Assembly (NCBI GenBank): GCA_044892525.1
Contig: CM097888.1
Coordinates: forward strand, 65,968,001 to 66,031,777
Reading direction: 5' to 3'
DNA length: 63,777 nucleotides
Source of the DNA: Schmidtea polychroa
Lineage: Eukaryota
Of this stretch, positions 39,685 through 52,239 are shown one piece after another; positions within the stretch are counted from its first letter, which is position 1; every line of letters begins with the position of its first letter. The notes under the pieces are model-generated. The model did no database searches. It was not told the DNA's origin and was given only the letters and a program-made list of their open reading frames with translations. The position numbers and the translations under genes were made by a program.

Positions 39685-40326
39685 CAAGAATACCTCGCAT
39701 AGTACGGTTTTGAAATTTTCAAAATATGATTGTTTTTTAAATGATTAAGTTTCGGATCATATAATGGAATTTGATTCTAATATAGAACGCTGCATTACAA
39801 TTCGTCGAACAATAGCCAACGCAATTCATTGCTACAAAGAATTGTAAGAGGAGAAAGAACAAAAAAAGTTCAGACATCGTTATTAAAATTTTTAAATAAA
39901 AAATGAATCTAAACATTAGAATTTAAGTGAATTGCTTTTGTTGATCTTTTTTAAATTAAATTGTTGTGTTTATTTAATTTTATTTACTTGTTTTTCATCA
40001 GCTATTTTTAATATTTTTAAAATGAAATAAATTCTTTTTTTTGATTTAGTTGAAATGAATTGGTATTGCCGGCTTATAAATTTCAATAAATATATATTTA
40101 AATGTACAACTGTGTTAAATATGCTTGTTTTGCTCTTGAATATCAGAAAAATAAAAATACATAACAAAATATTTTTGTTTACTAGATTATAATCACGATT
40201 TCTAAATTTCTTAATATGGATACTAAGCCGTAAATTTATTAGCGCCAGAAAGCCTCGAATAGTCCGGTTTCAAATAGTACGGCTAAATTCCAGAACCGAT
40301 CAACCGTACTGTTCGAGGTATTCCTG
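39685..40326 (+). mobile_element. Non-autonomous Tigger/pogo element
   Basis: TIR caagaatacctcgcatagtac / gtactgttcgaggtattcctg with TA flanks. Short C-terminal remnant DSNIERCITIRRTIANAIHCYKEL. Confidence 0.75.
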
Positions 40327-40491
40327 TATATCAATACTTTCATCTAATTAGACTTGACTTGAATTTGCACATAATTGTCCCACAGATGAAAACGCTCGTG
40401 CTGATTTCATACTTGTTGGTCAGCAAGTCATCAGATTTTGAAATGCAAGTTCCAAATATAACATTTCTCTATGAATAACAGTGTATATACA

Positions 40492-41160
40492 TGTTGGGTT
40501 TTCGGTTAATTTAAGTCGGTTACCTCTGACTCCTCGTGTCCTTTTAATCAAAACAATATACGACCCAACGTATTTTTGAATCAAAAATATATTTTCTCAC
40601 AATCAATAATCAATAGTTCAACAGTTCGAGTTTGACCGATTCTCCGCTCGGTGTTGATGCTTTGATAAAGATAATATTCACCTTTTAGTTCCTTAGGTTC
40701 TCTTGACCAGCGTTTCCTTTTTCTCTTTGATTTGATCCTTTTTCACCTTCTCGTATTCTTATTCTATATCTTCTTTTCCCCTAATCTCCCTAATTCGTTT
40801 TTACCTTAAACCTACTCTCGTTTCTTCTTACCCCAGCTGAGGCAAAATGCCGATTTGCTCTGATTTTCCCATTCCTTATATACTCTTCGAAATCAGGATG
40901 ACAAATGGTTATTGCCGAGCCAATCTCTCACTTGATATCTCACTCTCCACATATTTGCTTCGACTGTCACCCATAATGGTCCAACGAACAAAGATAATTA
41001 ATGACCCGTCCGGCCTTTCTGCACGCACTATCTTCTCCTTGTTCTTTTTCAATTAACTATTGTGTCCGGCTAATGGACCCAAATCTTCTTTCTATTTACT
41101 TTTCTCTTTGTTTACCCAGCTCGAGTTTCCTTCATCTCTCGGGTTCTCCATTGTCTGTCT
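40492..41160 (-). mobile_element. Truncated LTR related to the solo LTR at 57587-58324
   Basis: Reverse strand ends aacccaaca and shares acacgaggagtcagag and aatgga..cccgag...tgaaggaaac with the solo LTR. The other terminus was not found. Confidence 0.6.
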
Positions 41161-42499
41161 TTAATTAAGTTTTTGTATGTTGATGTATAATAGTTATAAT
41201 AATAGTTATGTTAAATAATTAAAAAAAATAATTAAAATAATATTTTTAAAATAATTTTTAAAAGTTTAAATATAATTGATTATTGAAAATTATTTTTAAA
41301 AAAATAATTGTTTAAAAATTTTTATTTATATTTTAAAAGTTATGGATTTTATAATTTGTTTATATATTATCAAAATAGTATAGTTATTCATCCGTCGTGA
41401 ATGTAGGTAACCTGATGATGATAATGATGCTATCGAAATATATAGTGAAAAAGATGTACGAATGGCGATTTTTATTAATAAAATCTTTACCGTGTTTATT
41501 TAAGTATAATATAAAATTTAAAAATTTTTTTTGGACATTAAAGGGTAGCATTTTAATTTTTTTATGGCACTATATAATGATTTTGCCGCAACTTTTTTGT
41601 GATGAAAAACTGTTACTTTTTCGAAATATGAGATTTCTGTAATAAATATCATTATCCAACTAAAACTCATCAGCAAAGTAAATTCAATAAAAAAGCAACT
41701 TTTTTCATTTTTTGAGATTTCCTGAAAAGCCTAAAATGTCAAAATGAATACTAAAAATTTCAGCGTAAATGAGTGGTTTTACTTTTTCATTCAAATGAAT
41801 GAAAATTCGGCTATATGTCTAAGTAAAAAAACAAAATTATTAGTTCCGTCATTTTGACGGGTTGGTAGATATATGTATATGTTAGGTTGTACCTTAACAT
41901 TAAATGGTTGATAAACAAGAGGAAAGTTAATTTGTGAGTACATTGGTGTCATATTAAAAGTAATCATAAATTTTCAAAGCAATATTTACAAAACAATAAT
42001 AAAATTTATGCCTAAATATACCAATCCGTCATCACTTTGTTCAGAAATAAATATTATTCTAATCCCTTGATAATTCATGCTTAATTATATCTTTGATTTT
42101 CGCTATAATTGTAGTTTTATTTATTATACTAAATATTCCATATTACATCAATTTCATTTATTGTATCAGGATCACAAATATAATTAACTACACTGGAATA
42201 TATCGTTCTTCTTTCCTTTATTTGAATTATTAGCAGTTTTTTTAAGTTTTATGGCTAGTTAATTATGTATCGCACTTGTGTGCGCATTCATTATTGATTG
42301 TATTTGCTTGTTGAGGTGCCTACACAGACGCGAGAGAATGTATTTTTATATTCGATTTTGAAATCGATTGTTTTTTGGACAATTTGAGACTTTTCGGGAA
42401 GTTAGTTTTTTTAAAAGGTAGATTTTGGTAATTTTTTAAAAATAAAGGTTTACAAAGGTTTCAGTTTTTTATAATTTTGAATTGTTTCAATCTCATGCT

Positions 42500-42825
42500 A
42501 TAAAAAAGAAATTATGACAGACATGATACCGTTTTACAACTACTGCCGAAAAAAAATTGTTCAATATATTAAAATAAAGCTTTCATATATCGCTTTTGAT
42601 TTTGAACATGAAATGCAATCAGCAGCTTCTACATCATTTTTAAGAAAAGCCTACGAACTTCCAAATGAACAAACTATAACTATTGAAAATAAAAGATTCC
42701 GTTGTCATGAATTAATGTTTCAACCATCTTTCTTGTGAATGGAAACTGTTGGTATTCACGAGACGACCTATAACAGCATGATGAACTGCGATGTCGATAT
42801 TCGTAAAGAATTATATGGCAATATA
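42500..42825 (+). pseudogene. Actin pseudogene fragment (approx. residues 190-300)
   Basis: [88 protein letters not shown] versus actin [20 protein letters not shown]...[32 protein letters not shown]. Has an in-frame TGA and a 5' frameshift. Confidence 0.92.
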
Positions 42826-43902
42826 CAGTTTCATCAGAGATATCAACTTTGGTTCAAATACCAATGACAATTAAACAATGGTGAAAAAGTTGGCTGTATA
42901 CACATTTGTCTTTAAGATATTGAACTTCTACTGGTACTTTTATCGGTTGTAATGCTGATTCTATGCTAGAGATCTTATCTAATTCAATATTAGCGATATT
43001 TATCTCCGATTTTATAAACAAACTTTAAAATTTTCACGCATTTTTATTAAGGAATTCCACCGAATTTTGCAACCTCAAATCAAAGTGAGCTCTTTTCCAA
43101 ATTCATCTTTTATGTCTTTGCAGATTAATAATTTTTAAATGAAATCTTCTATACTGATCTTGTTTTATATTTATTTAGCTATGGCGTATGTTACCAGCAG
43201 TTGCTGACTCAGGAATTACTTCCAAACTATCATTATTATCTTCGTCTTCCTCGTCATTAGAAATATTATCAAGTAAATCACTAACATACGATGACGTTGT
43301 AATTGTTTATTTATATAGAATTTTAATTACAACCAATTGCACCCAATGCATTAAATATATTTGATGCAATAGACTGCTTAGTTTTTAAGCTTTTTTCTGC
43401 AAGTAACGTTTCATCAACTATTTTAATGTAGTTCGTAATTTTAGATTTTGCATAGAAATTACATGGAAACTACTACTGATTAGCAATGCATTAACAAGTA
43501 TGTGGATTTTCGCTTGTTAGAACAGGCAATCTGGCATCTTTTGGAATGAATATGAATTGTCATGGTGGAAATAACGGACACAGACACATCTACGACGGGT
43601 TTTGAATATACAAGTTTATAAATAAGATTCATAATGGATATTTTAAATATTTAATGTATTGTCAATGTCTTATTTTTGTCATATATTTACCTGGTATTTA
43701 TTTATTATTAAAAATGGACTATTTTGGAAATTTACAAAGTCCATTTTAATCAGTGGAAATGACAAATCAAATCCACCGTCTGTATTATGTTTATGAATGC
43801 ATTATAAGGAATTTTAGAATAATAAAAACCTCATCGATTGTGCATTTTCAATAACTTAAAAATTTGTTTATAATTTTAATTAAATTGAGACTTAAAACTT
43901 AC

Positions 43903-43976
43903 TTTAAATTAGACGGTAATATCCATTCAACTAATGTTTGGCTAATTTTATTTGCCGATTTCCTCTTTCCCATTAT
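43903..43976 (-). CDS. AEBP2: AEBP2-like C-terminal domain exon
   Basis: Follows a 69-nt intron. IMGKRKSANKISQTLVEWILPSNL matches AEBP2 [24 protein letters not shown]. gtaagt donor. Confidence 0.75.
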
Positions 43977-44045
43977 CTAAATAAAATTTATCACATAACT
44001 ATTTATTATTTTATTATTATTATAATTATTATAACGTCACCAGAC

Positions 44046-44215
44046 CTTGAATTCCAGAGTCAGGAAACGAATTACTTCCGGAGGTAGTGGTCTATCTTTA
44101 AGAAATTCCAAATCAAATTCTTTTAAAATATTTGGATCAATAACAATCGTTTGTAGATGAGTGTTTGTTTGAATTTGAGCAAAATTGTTTTTATTGATAA
44201 AATCCCCACGATGTA
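44046..44215 (-). CDS. AEBP2: AEBP2-like exon
   Basis: atttag phase-1 acceptor completes V. HRGDFINKNNFAQIQ aligns loosely with AEBP2 PHDFFDAQTLDAIR. Ends AAG|gtctgg in phase 0. Confidence 0.7.
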
Positions 44216-45740
44216 CTAAATAAATGCATAACATAAAGTTATTTACATAAATAATTAACTAAACATGAGGAATATTTAATCATAAAGAAATGCCACTCGA
44301 ATATACGTTTTACGATATATTGGCAGCTTTCCATTCATCAAGTAGAATAGAAAAAAACAAAAATTTTATTAATTTTTAAAAAATATATTTAAATATTTTT
44401 TTTAATATAAAATTTATTTGTATTCAAGTAGAAATTAAAAATTATTTAACTTAATAATGTAAAACATTTGAAAATAACAATTCACATACTCATAATTTAT
44501 CAACCGAAATATTTAAAAACATATTTAAAAAAACATATTTAAATATTTAAAAACACGAATGTTTACGGAATTTTGAACAATATTTTTTCGATCCAATGAT
44601 CTCATTAACAAAGCTTCACAAATTATAAATTCCCAATAAATATTAAAATTTTTTAATATTAATTTAAAATTAGACATGCCTATTTCATACAACTGCTACA
44701 ACCCTTATTTTGTTCACTTATTGTTTATGCGGAATCGAGCTCAAATTGAGACACGCGCCTATGTGCATCTGTATTTGTGAGCATTGGTGACGGGCCTTGG
44801 CGAATAATTGTACCATATTAGTATGTGCAGGCATGTTATTCGGCGCTTTTGAATTCTTGATTTTGTGGACTTGTTTTTATAGGAGAATTTTTGAGTTTTA
44901 GTCTTCATTTTGAATAAATTTATTTTTCTTTTGTATCCCTGTTTGTTTTTCGAGAAAGAGAAAGTTAAGGGTCAATATTCAAGGCCAAGTATCGTAAAGT
45001 AGCAGGTAAATTGAGAGCTGAAGATTATGCTGAAATAAATTAATTTAGTTCTTAAATGAAATGTATTCTTAGAGATAGTATTCATGATCCTTTGAAGATG
45101 TGTCCCATTATATCAAGTTGAATTCAAAGATGCTTATAAATACAAAAAATTAATGCAAACATTTATTTCAATTGGTAATTTTTTTTGACTGGAACAAAAT
45201 CCGAGATTACTGTTGGTAATGTTTTACTTATTCAAACAGCTACAGAATGTACTGTCCTCTGTAATCTTGAAGAGAAATCTTGGCGGAGGTATTGGAGGTA
45301 CCGGGGTAAATTCAGTTATCATCGTCGCGCATAATACTGAAACTGGTATGTGTAAAATTACCATGTGGTCATGTCGTCTTTATGTCGTACTATGATTGGT
45401 ATTTGTTGCTGGTAATGAGAGAATTTTCTACCAAACCACTGACGTTGATAACACTAACATTGGTCATTCCCTCTAGTCAATGATATCGATGAACTGGAGT
45501 GCAAAGTTGACAGGAAATCTATCCAATGTATGTGGCATTACATCAATTACTTGTAAATGTCTTAACGAAATTCGAGCACAATTCAAACGAAGTTTTAGCT
45601 TAAGAGCTTTATGTAAATTTAATTAAAAATATTTTGTTAAAAATTAATAAAATTATTTTATTAAATCCATAATATCTATAATTTTTCTATCCCACCTGAT
45701 GATGAAAATAAAACAGTCGAAATATATTGTGAAATGTATA

Positions 45741-46351
45741 GGGGCGAGCAAAAAGAATTTCGTTTTTCTATGTCGATGAAATATCGCATGTAGAAATATA
45801 CTAAAAGTGTAAACTATTACACGGCCTAGACATAGTCTCCGTCAGCTTCAATGACACTCTGGAGGTGACGTGTGAAATTTTGAAACTTGCCTGTGAGCCT
45901 GGGTTGCGATACTGACTCCAAATATTGGCGAAAATTGTTGCTCACTTCGACTGAAGTTTTTTCCTCATCGAGAGCACTCGCAATTCCTGAAGATAAAGCG
46001 ATCCATGAGGTTTGTGTCGACTGAATAAGCCGGCTTCGTTAATAGAGACACGCGGTGTTCTTCAAACCAAAGTCGAATTAATTGTGCTACGTGAGGTTTG
46101 GCATTGTCATGTTGAATGACCATTTCCCAAGCGGGTAGTATTGTTTGAAAGTTTGAAATCATATTCGGCAGAAATTGTATTTATGCTCAGCATTGATAGA
46201 TTCACCGTCATGAAGTTCGAAATACGTGAGTGATTTTGCATAGTTGCTGGATACAATAATTATCCATCCACCGAAACACCGGTTGGAAATTTTAACCTTC
46301 ATCTTCATATATTTTCTGTCTGATAAAAACGAAGTTTTTTTTGCCGGCCCC
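45741..46351 (-). mobile_element. Internally deleted Tc1/mariner-superfamily element
   Basis: ~28-bp imperfect TIRs (TAggggcgagcaaaaagaatttcgttttt / aaaaacgaagttttttttgccggccccTA). Catalytic remnant IQHDNAKPH...PAYSVDTNLMDRFIF. Confidence 0.82.
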
Positions 46352-46901
46352 TATAAGTTTGAGTGGCGCTTTCTTATAATTATTTACATAAATAATTTAA
46401 AATAATTAAAAAGTGACTAACAATTTTGCATGAATATCATAAATAAATAAAATATTAAAATTCATGTGATGCAAAATTGCAGTACTGGTTGAATGATTTT
46501 ATCGGATCATATAACCTAGTGAACTAAATTAACTTTCAAACTTATTGCAACACAACTGGAATTTTATTAATTTCGTTTTTATTAATATAATTTAATTTTC
46601 ATATTTACAATTGATCGAAAACAATAATAAAAGCTACTGTTATTAGATCAATCAATGAAAAAAGAATATTCAAGGATCTATTTCCATCTAATAAAAAGTA
46701 ACTTTTATTAGAAAATCTTTTTGTTTTTTTTTAGTTTTGTGTATTTGTTAATAAAATCTTTTCCACAAAATTGAATAAATTATACTGGCAATTAATAAAT
46801 ATACGTGCGTAGCAAACCTTTCCAAGGCAATTCGCAGCGAGTTAGAATTTTATTTGAAATGTTATTTTGTGTTGGAAATAGTCTGAAAATGCTTTCTTTA
46901 A

Positions 46902-47141
46902 CCCTTTAGTGCCCAGCGGTACTTAAAAGTCTTGTTGTTATTTTCTTCCATAATTTTGTCATTTGAGCGTAATTCGAACGCTCCTGTTTGTCGGCACTGG
47001 CAGGGAACACATATCATTGGGATTAGTGCACAGCGGTGAACTGATATACACATCTGTCGTGCCTATTGGTTCAGCAGTTGTATTGTGTTCGTGATTTAGA
47101 TTTAATTTTTTTAGTTAAATACAGATTTGGGCACTAAATGG
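46902..47141. mobile_element. piggyBac-type MITE
   Basis: ttaa|ccctttagtgccca ... tgggcactaaatgg|ttac. Confidence 0.7.
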
Positions 47142-47284
47142 TTACAAGTTATTCCACAAAGTTTGATTAATACAAATACTATTATAAAAATACAGAAAAT
47201 AGTTTGTAAAGTAATTTTTTATTATTTAAATTATTATCTTTTAGAATTATTAAAATTAAATGTTAGTGTTTTTCAAATTTTGAA

Positions 47285-48115
47285 ATGACAAACATTCATT
47301 TTATGTACAGCAAAGCGAATGGAAATGTTATTAAAGCAATATAAAGAAGTTTTCTCAAATCACAAATGTCCAAGTGGGCAAATGTTAAGCAAAATTCATC
47401 AACGTTTACGCGATACTGTGGAATTTGAACCCAATTTTATTGACTACGGTAGACCACGATCAGTTAGAACACATGAATTCGAGGAAACATTTTACAAATG
47501 TCTGAAGAAAGTTCTGAAGCATCATGCTGAAGATTTGCTATGAAAGGAATTGCTATAAAGTCATGTCACCGTTCGCGACATTTGCATTCATATCATGTTG
47601 AATGTGTTCCAGCATCTATGTCCTTTGATTATAAAGTAAGGGTTACCTTTTGCCAATGGCTCATTAATTGTTGTATTCCGGATCCACAGTTTTTATCTAA
47701 TATTTAATTTATCGATGAACCATTTTTCACTTGGGGCGGCACCAATAATCTCCACAACATTCATGTTTTGTCAGATGAGAATCCCCACGCAGCTTTAGAA
47801 TCAAGGCAACAGTATCACTCTTATATTAACTCCTGGGCTGGAATCTTCTTATATCATCTTTCTGGGCCTTATATTTTGCCTAATAAGATCACAGGTACAA
47901 TTTATCTTCATTTTCTCACAAATGACTTCCTGGAGTTTATGGAAGATATTCCAATAACCGATTTAAAACATGTGTTTTATTCATAATTGTGCCCCTCTCA
48001 ATTTTCTAAAGAATGTTAAAGAATATTTAAACAAACGTTTTAAAGAAAATTGGTATGACATGATGGACATGTTGCATGGCCACCTCGCTCACCGGATTTA
48101 AATCCGTTAGATTTG
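47285..48115 (+). mobile_element. Degenerate Tc1/Tc3-like transposase (DUF4817-type HTH plus DDE)
   Basis: MTNIHFMYSKANGN, KIHQRLRDT, GRPRSVRT, FIDEPFF, NSWAGI, WPPRSPDLNPLD, with multiple frameshifts. Confidence 0.85.
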
Positions 48116-48416
48116 TGAAACATTCGAATAGTACGGTGTACACTACATCAGTCGATATTATGGATTAATTGAAACAGAATTGAAAATTGTTAAGAAAAGC
48201 GTGATACATTTTATATTGAAATGAATGAGGACATGTGAAAAGCTGAATGTTACACTTTTTAATGTTCTTATTTTGAAGTTTAAACTAAAATTTAACTGGT
48301 TTTATAATAAAGTATGTCCAAGGCCAGTCAAGTCAGCCTCGGTGTTAAACTTTATAGGGTTAAATTTTTATGTTTACATTGGTATTTATTAATAATTAAT
48401 AATTATATGAGAGCGG

Positions 48417-48464
48417 CACTCGAACATTCGCTTTACGATATATCGTAAAACGAATGGTCGAATG
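48417..48464. repeat. 48-bp imperfect palindrome; half copy at 44294-44320
   Basis: cactcgaacattcgctttacgat-at-atcgtaaaacgaatggtcgaatg. Confidence 0.8.
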
Positions 48465-48780
48465 GCGCGTTATTATCCTTAAATCGTTGCCAAATATCTT
48501 TCATTATTAAATAAAAATAATTCATAATTATTAAAATTTTAAATTGGTCAATACCCAGTGACGGGAAGAAATCAAATTCATTTATTCAACTATGCAGCTT
48601 TATTATTAGGAAATTGAAAACAATGAATGTGATAAATTTCCTTGAAAGTTCAGAAATGAATTAATCTATTATGTTATCAGACGGATTAAAAAATGTGAGA
48701 TTCTTTTTAATATGTATCAATGTAATGTGTAGAAATAAAGAAATTTTAATTAACAAATTGCTCTAAAAAATAAATATTAC

Positions 48781-49483
48781 CATGATAAGGAGTTAAATAA
48801 TTATATTTCTTTTGGTGAGAACAAGATCTTTTAGATCGACAATTAATTCCTAGTGCATTTCCTATATCGAAAGAATGGTTCAAATTTATCGGCCCAAGTT
48901 CTTCTAAATGGCTTTGAACATGTTTCTCCAACAAACCCTGACTTCCGAATCGCATACTACATTTGAAAATACAACTGAATGGCTTATTTCGATTTTCAGT
49001 GTGTTCAATAATGTGGCGCTCTAACCAAGAATATGAAAGACTCTTTTTTTTGAACACTTTACAACCGATCCAAAGACATTCAAAAAATTTCCTTTTAGAC
49101 GACAACTGCGGTTTCACATGAACATCCATTAAATGGGTTTCCAATTCATCAGCAATAATCGTTTTTGGTTGATTATACAATGGATTGTCACAATTGATCC
49201 AATCAAGACGGCATTGTTTCCATTTACAGAATTCGATAGCTTCCAAAGACACACCCGATGAAAATTGTGACGTACTTTGGCTTTCTAAACTTGAAGTTTC
49301 AGCAGCGGAGCTTTCGAAGCTTTTGTCAACAATCGGCAATGCCGATTTACCATCATTTAAAGGCCTGGTGGTGTCTGTGAAATTAGAAACCTTTGCAACT
49401 TTATTCTTACATGGAGTAAAATCAGACAAATTGATTTCATTGTCAATTTTGTTTGAAGAATCTTGATGTCTAATAGAAAATAT
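48781..49483 (-). CDS. AEBP2: AEBP2/jing-like zinc-finger exon (3 C2H2 fingers)
   Basis: ttttacag phase-0 acceptor. FECLWIGCKVFKKKSLSYSWLERHIIEH and KPFSCIFKCSMRFGSQGLLEKHVQSH match AEBP2 fingers 2 and 3 ([33 protein letters not shown]). Phase-1 gtaata donor. Confidence 0.88.
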
Positions 49484-50000
49484 CTGTAAAATAATTATTA
49501 AGTTTATTTGCTATAAGGTAAAAAATAAATTTATATATTCGTTCAGAGGTGATCCAGATTATAGATTTTACTATAACAACATTTTAGATAAAAATCAACA
49601 AGTACCCGATTTAGGAGAAAACTGAAATATAACTGGTTTTGAGTTATTTATTTATAAATACGACCAATAAAAAAGTCGCCGAAATAGTTATCAAGTGAAT
49701 CATCATCACAAATGATTTTAAAAGGTAGAATGATAATCTTCCAAAGGTCTCAAAACACAGAATTACAGTCCCTAGGTTATGTATTTTACTCAAAAATATA
49801 AGTTTGAATTTGTCTACGTTATCAATTGCAAATGCTACTGTTCTTTTAAGTGTTGTTTTCATTTAGTCAGCCGCTTTTGGACAATTGTTTACTTTTCCTG
49901 ATAATCTTTTATAATTTGTTCAATGATGTAATAGAATTATTTAAATTTCAGAATGATTGTTTTTATCACAAAAACATGACCTTCAATTTCGTATATTTAA

Positions 50001-50212
50001 CCCTTAAACCACTGAAATAAAATTACTCCCATTCCGAAGTTCTCAACCAAACTTACCGTTACAAGCAAACCATGTGTTTGATCGTGTTCAAACCTGCAAG
50101 TTGTGGTGGAGACAAAAAACGGTCTTACTGGTTGGAACGCAAAAATTTTTTGATTTGAATTTAATGGTGTTTTTATGATGACCGTCTGTAAACGGTTTTA
50201 GTTATTAAAGGG
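50001..50212. mobile_element. piggyBac-type MITE
   Basis: TTAA on both sides; imperfect TIR cccttaaaccact / agttattaaaggg. Confidence 0.6.
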
Positions 50213-50770
50213 TTAAATTAATAATTAAATTAATAATTAAACAAGAATTAAATTATTAATTTGTTTTATGAATGTATCTAAAAGGTTATTAAGTATGTAG
50301 CATGATTTAAGAAAAAATTCTCTGTTTACACGAGATGTTCTAATTTTACATGATTCCAAAAATCAAAAGACTTTTTTCTCGTAATTTTAATTGTGTTAAC
50401 TTTGTTTTGTTTTGTTTTTATGTTTGGCGTGAAACGTAAAAGGACCAGAATTACTTGTAAATAAAATATTTTGCTTCACATAATATAGAACAACTTTTAG
50501 AGTTGCACCGCGATATGGATTAGAATCAGACACTAGATGCATTGTTTGCAAAAAATCTATGAGATTGTTATGCCCCAATGGGTGTCCATGTCACGGCATA
50601 AAAAGGATCAAGCAGTCCATATCTTTAAAGCTGAAATGCGAAAAGCATATTAATCAGATGTCTTTGACTTGAAATAAAATGTTTTGTATAATTTTATTTG
50701 TTGCTTTTGTTAAAAAGTCCTTAGCTGAGTATTTTTATTTTAGGGTTTTATTTTAATACATACTTTACAT

Positions 50771-51017
50771 CAGTGCTTCTCAAACTTTTTTTTGTGTCGC
50801 GGATCGATTATTCTTTCCTAATCCAAAAACATAAATTTTAATTAGTAATATTTATTTAAAAAGTAACAAACAATATAAAAAAATTATTAACGAATACAAT
50901 AATGTGACGGATGTGCCAGTTATTGTAAATATTTTAACGCTTAAAAATAAAATAAAATTTACAAAAATGTTATGTGGACCGGTACCCGTCCGCGGACCAC
51001 CACTTTGAGAAGCACTG
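50771..51017. mobile_element. Charlie-type hAT MITE
   Basis: Perfect 14-bp TIR cagtgcttctcaaa; degenerate TSD ctttacat / ctttagac. Confidence 0.82.
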
Positions 51018-51129
51018 CTTTAGACTATTTTATTGTAAAATAGTATAAGTATTTTATTGTGCTATCATATTTTTAATGTTGTGAGCAATCAAGTTATTAA
51101 AAAGTATTATTATTTTTTTTTATTTCTGT

Positions 51130-51200
51130 GTAAATTATAGCCGAGTGGTTGCCACATTCATTGGCATCATTGTAGTACTTGCGTTCAAATACCAGTATGT
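51130..51200 (+). other. Degenerate tRNA-like / SINE head
   Basis: A-box tagccgagtgg and B-box-like gttcaaatac about 44 nt apart; no intact cloverleaf. A second B-box (gggttcaaatccc) lies at ~51318. Confidence 0.3.
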
Positions 51201-52239
51201 ATGACTTTTTTATGACTATAATAAAATAAATATATCTAAAATAAAATGATAAATTTTTATGAGAATGGTGGTTTTATGGGCGAATACTCTTTGTTTTTAA
51301 CGATGTCGAAGTGTTATGGGTTCAAATCCCAGGATAGGGGATATTACTATTTAGACCGCGTGATTATTTTATGCTTGGATTAGTAATTCATGTAATACAT
51401 TTCAATAAACAACTGAAAAATTCCATGTATTTAAAATTTTAAATAAGTGCCATGCAAATGATATGAAAGATAAAGCATTGCAAAAATGTTCAATTTATAA
51501 GATATAGAAAATAACAAAGTGACTAATATGACTAATATAAATAGTAATAATACAGTTATGACTGTGTATTTCAGGGTGCTAGTAATTCGTAAGTGTTGAT
51601 GTTCATTATGTGTTTGTGTTGATGTGCGGTTAGTAGTTAAAAGTTAGCAACTAGATAGTGGATGGTCAGAGATCAAGGGTCAAATATTAGTTATTATATA
51701 AGAGGTAAAGTATTAAATGAGGTCAAATGTCAATTATTATGTCATCATTTATGAATCATACTACTTTATAAAATAAAGTAATGTCCTACCCATAGGGTTT
51801 ATATACACATATTACATAATCCTATATATTTAGCTTGGTTTATTCTCATCAATACTATAAGATAAAATATTTTCAGAAATATTTAAATAAAATTCGTACA
51901 TATAAAAATTTATTAATTTTGTCGAAATTCAATAAATGGTAAGTTGATAATTTTCAAAATTTTGTGCGGCGTGTAGAAATAATTTAGCTTTGGAAATAAT
52001 GAATAATCTAAACTAAATTATATTCGTAACCTTTTTGTGTTATTAATTAAAATCAAAATATTTTGTGGTATCGATTATACAATGTCACATAAATCAACAA
52101 TAGAAAAAACGCAAAGGAAAGCCATATCTTTGGATATTATTTTATTTTCAATTATAATTTTATTTTCTGCTTCCCAAAAGTGCATCGTTGATACAGCTGC
52201 TAGGCAAAGGTTTAATTGTGACATAATTACTATGTGAAA

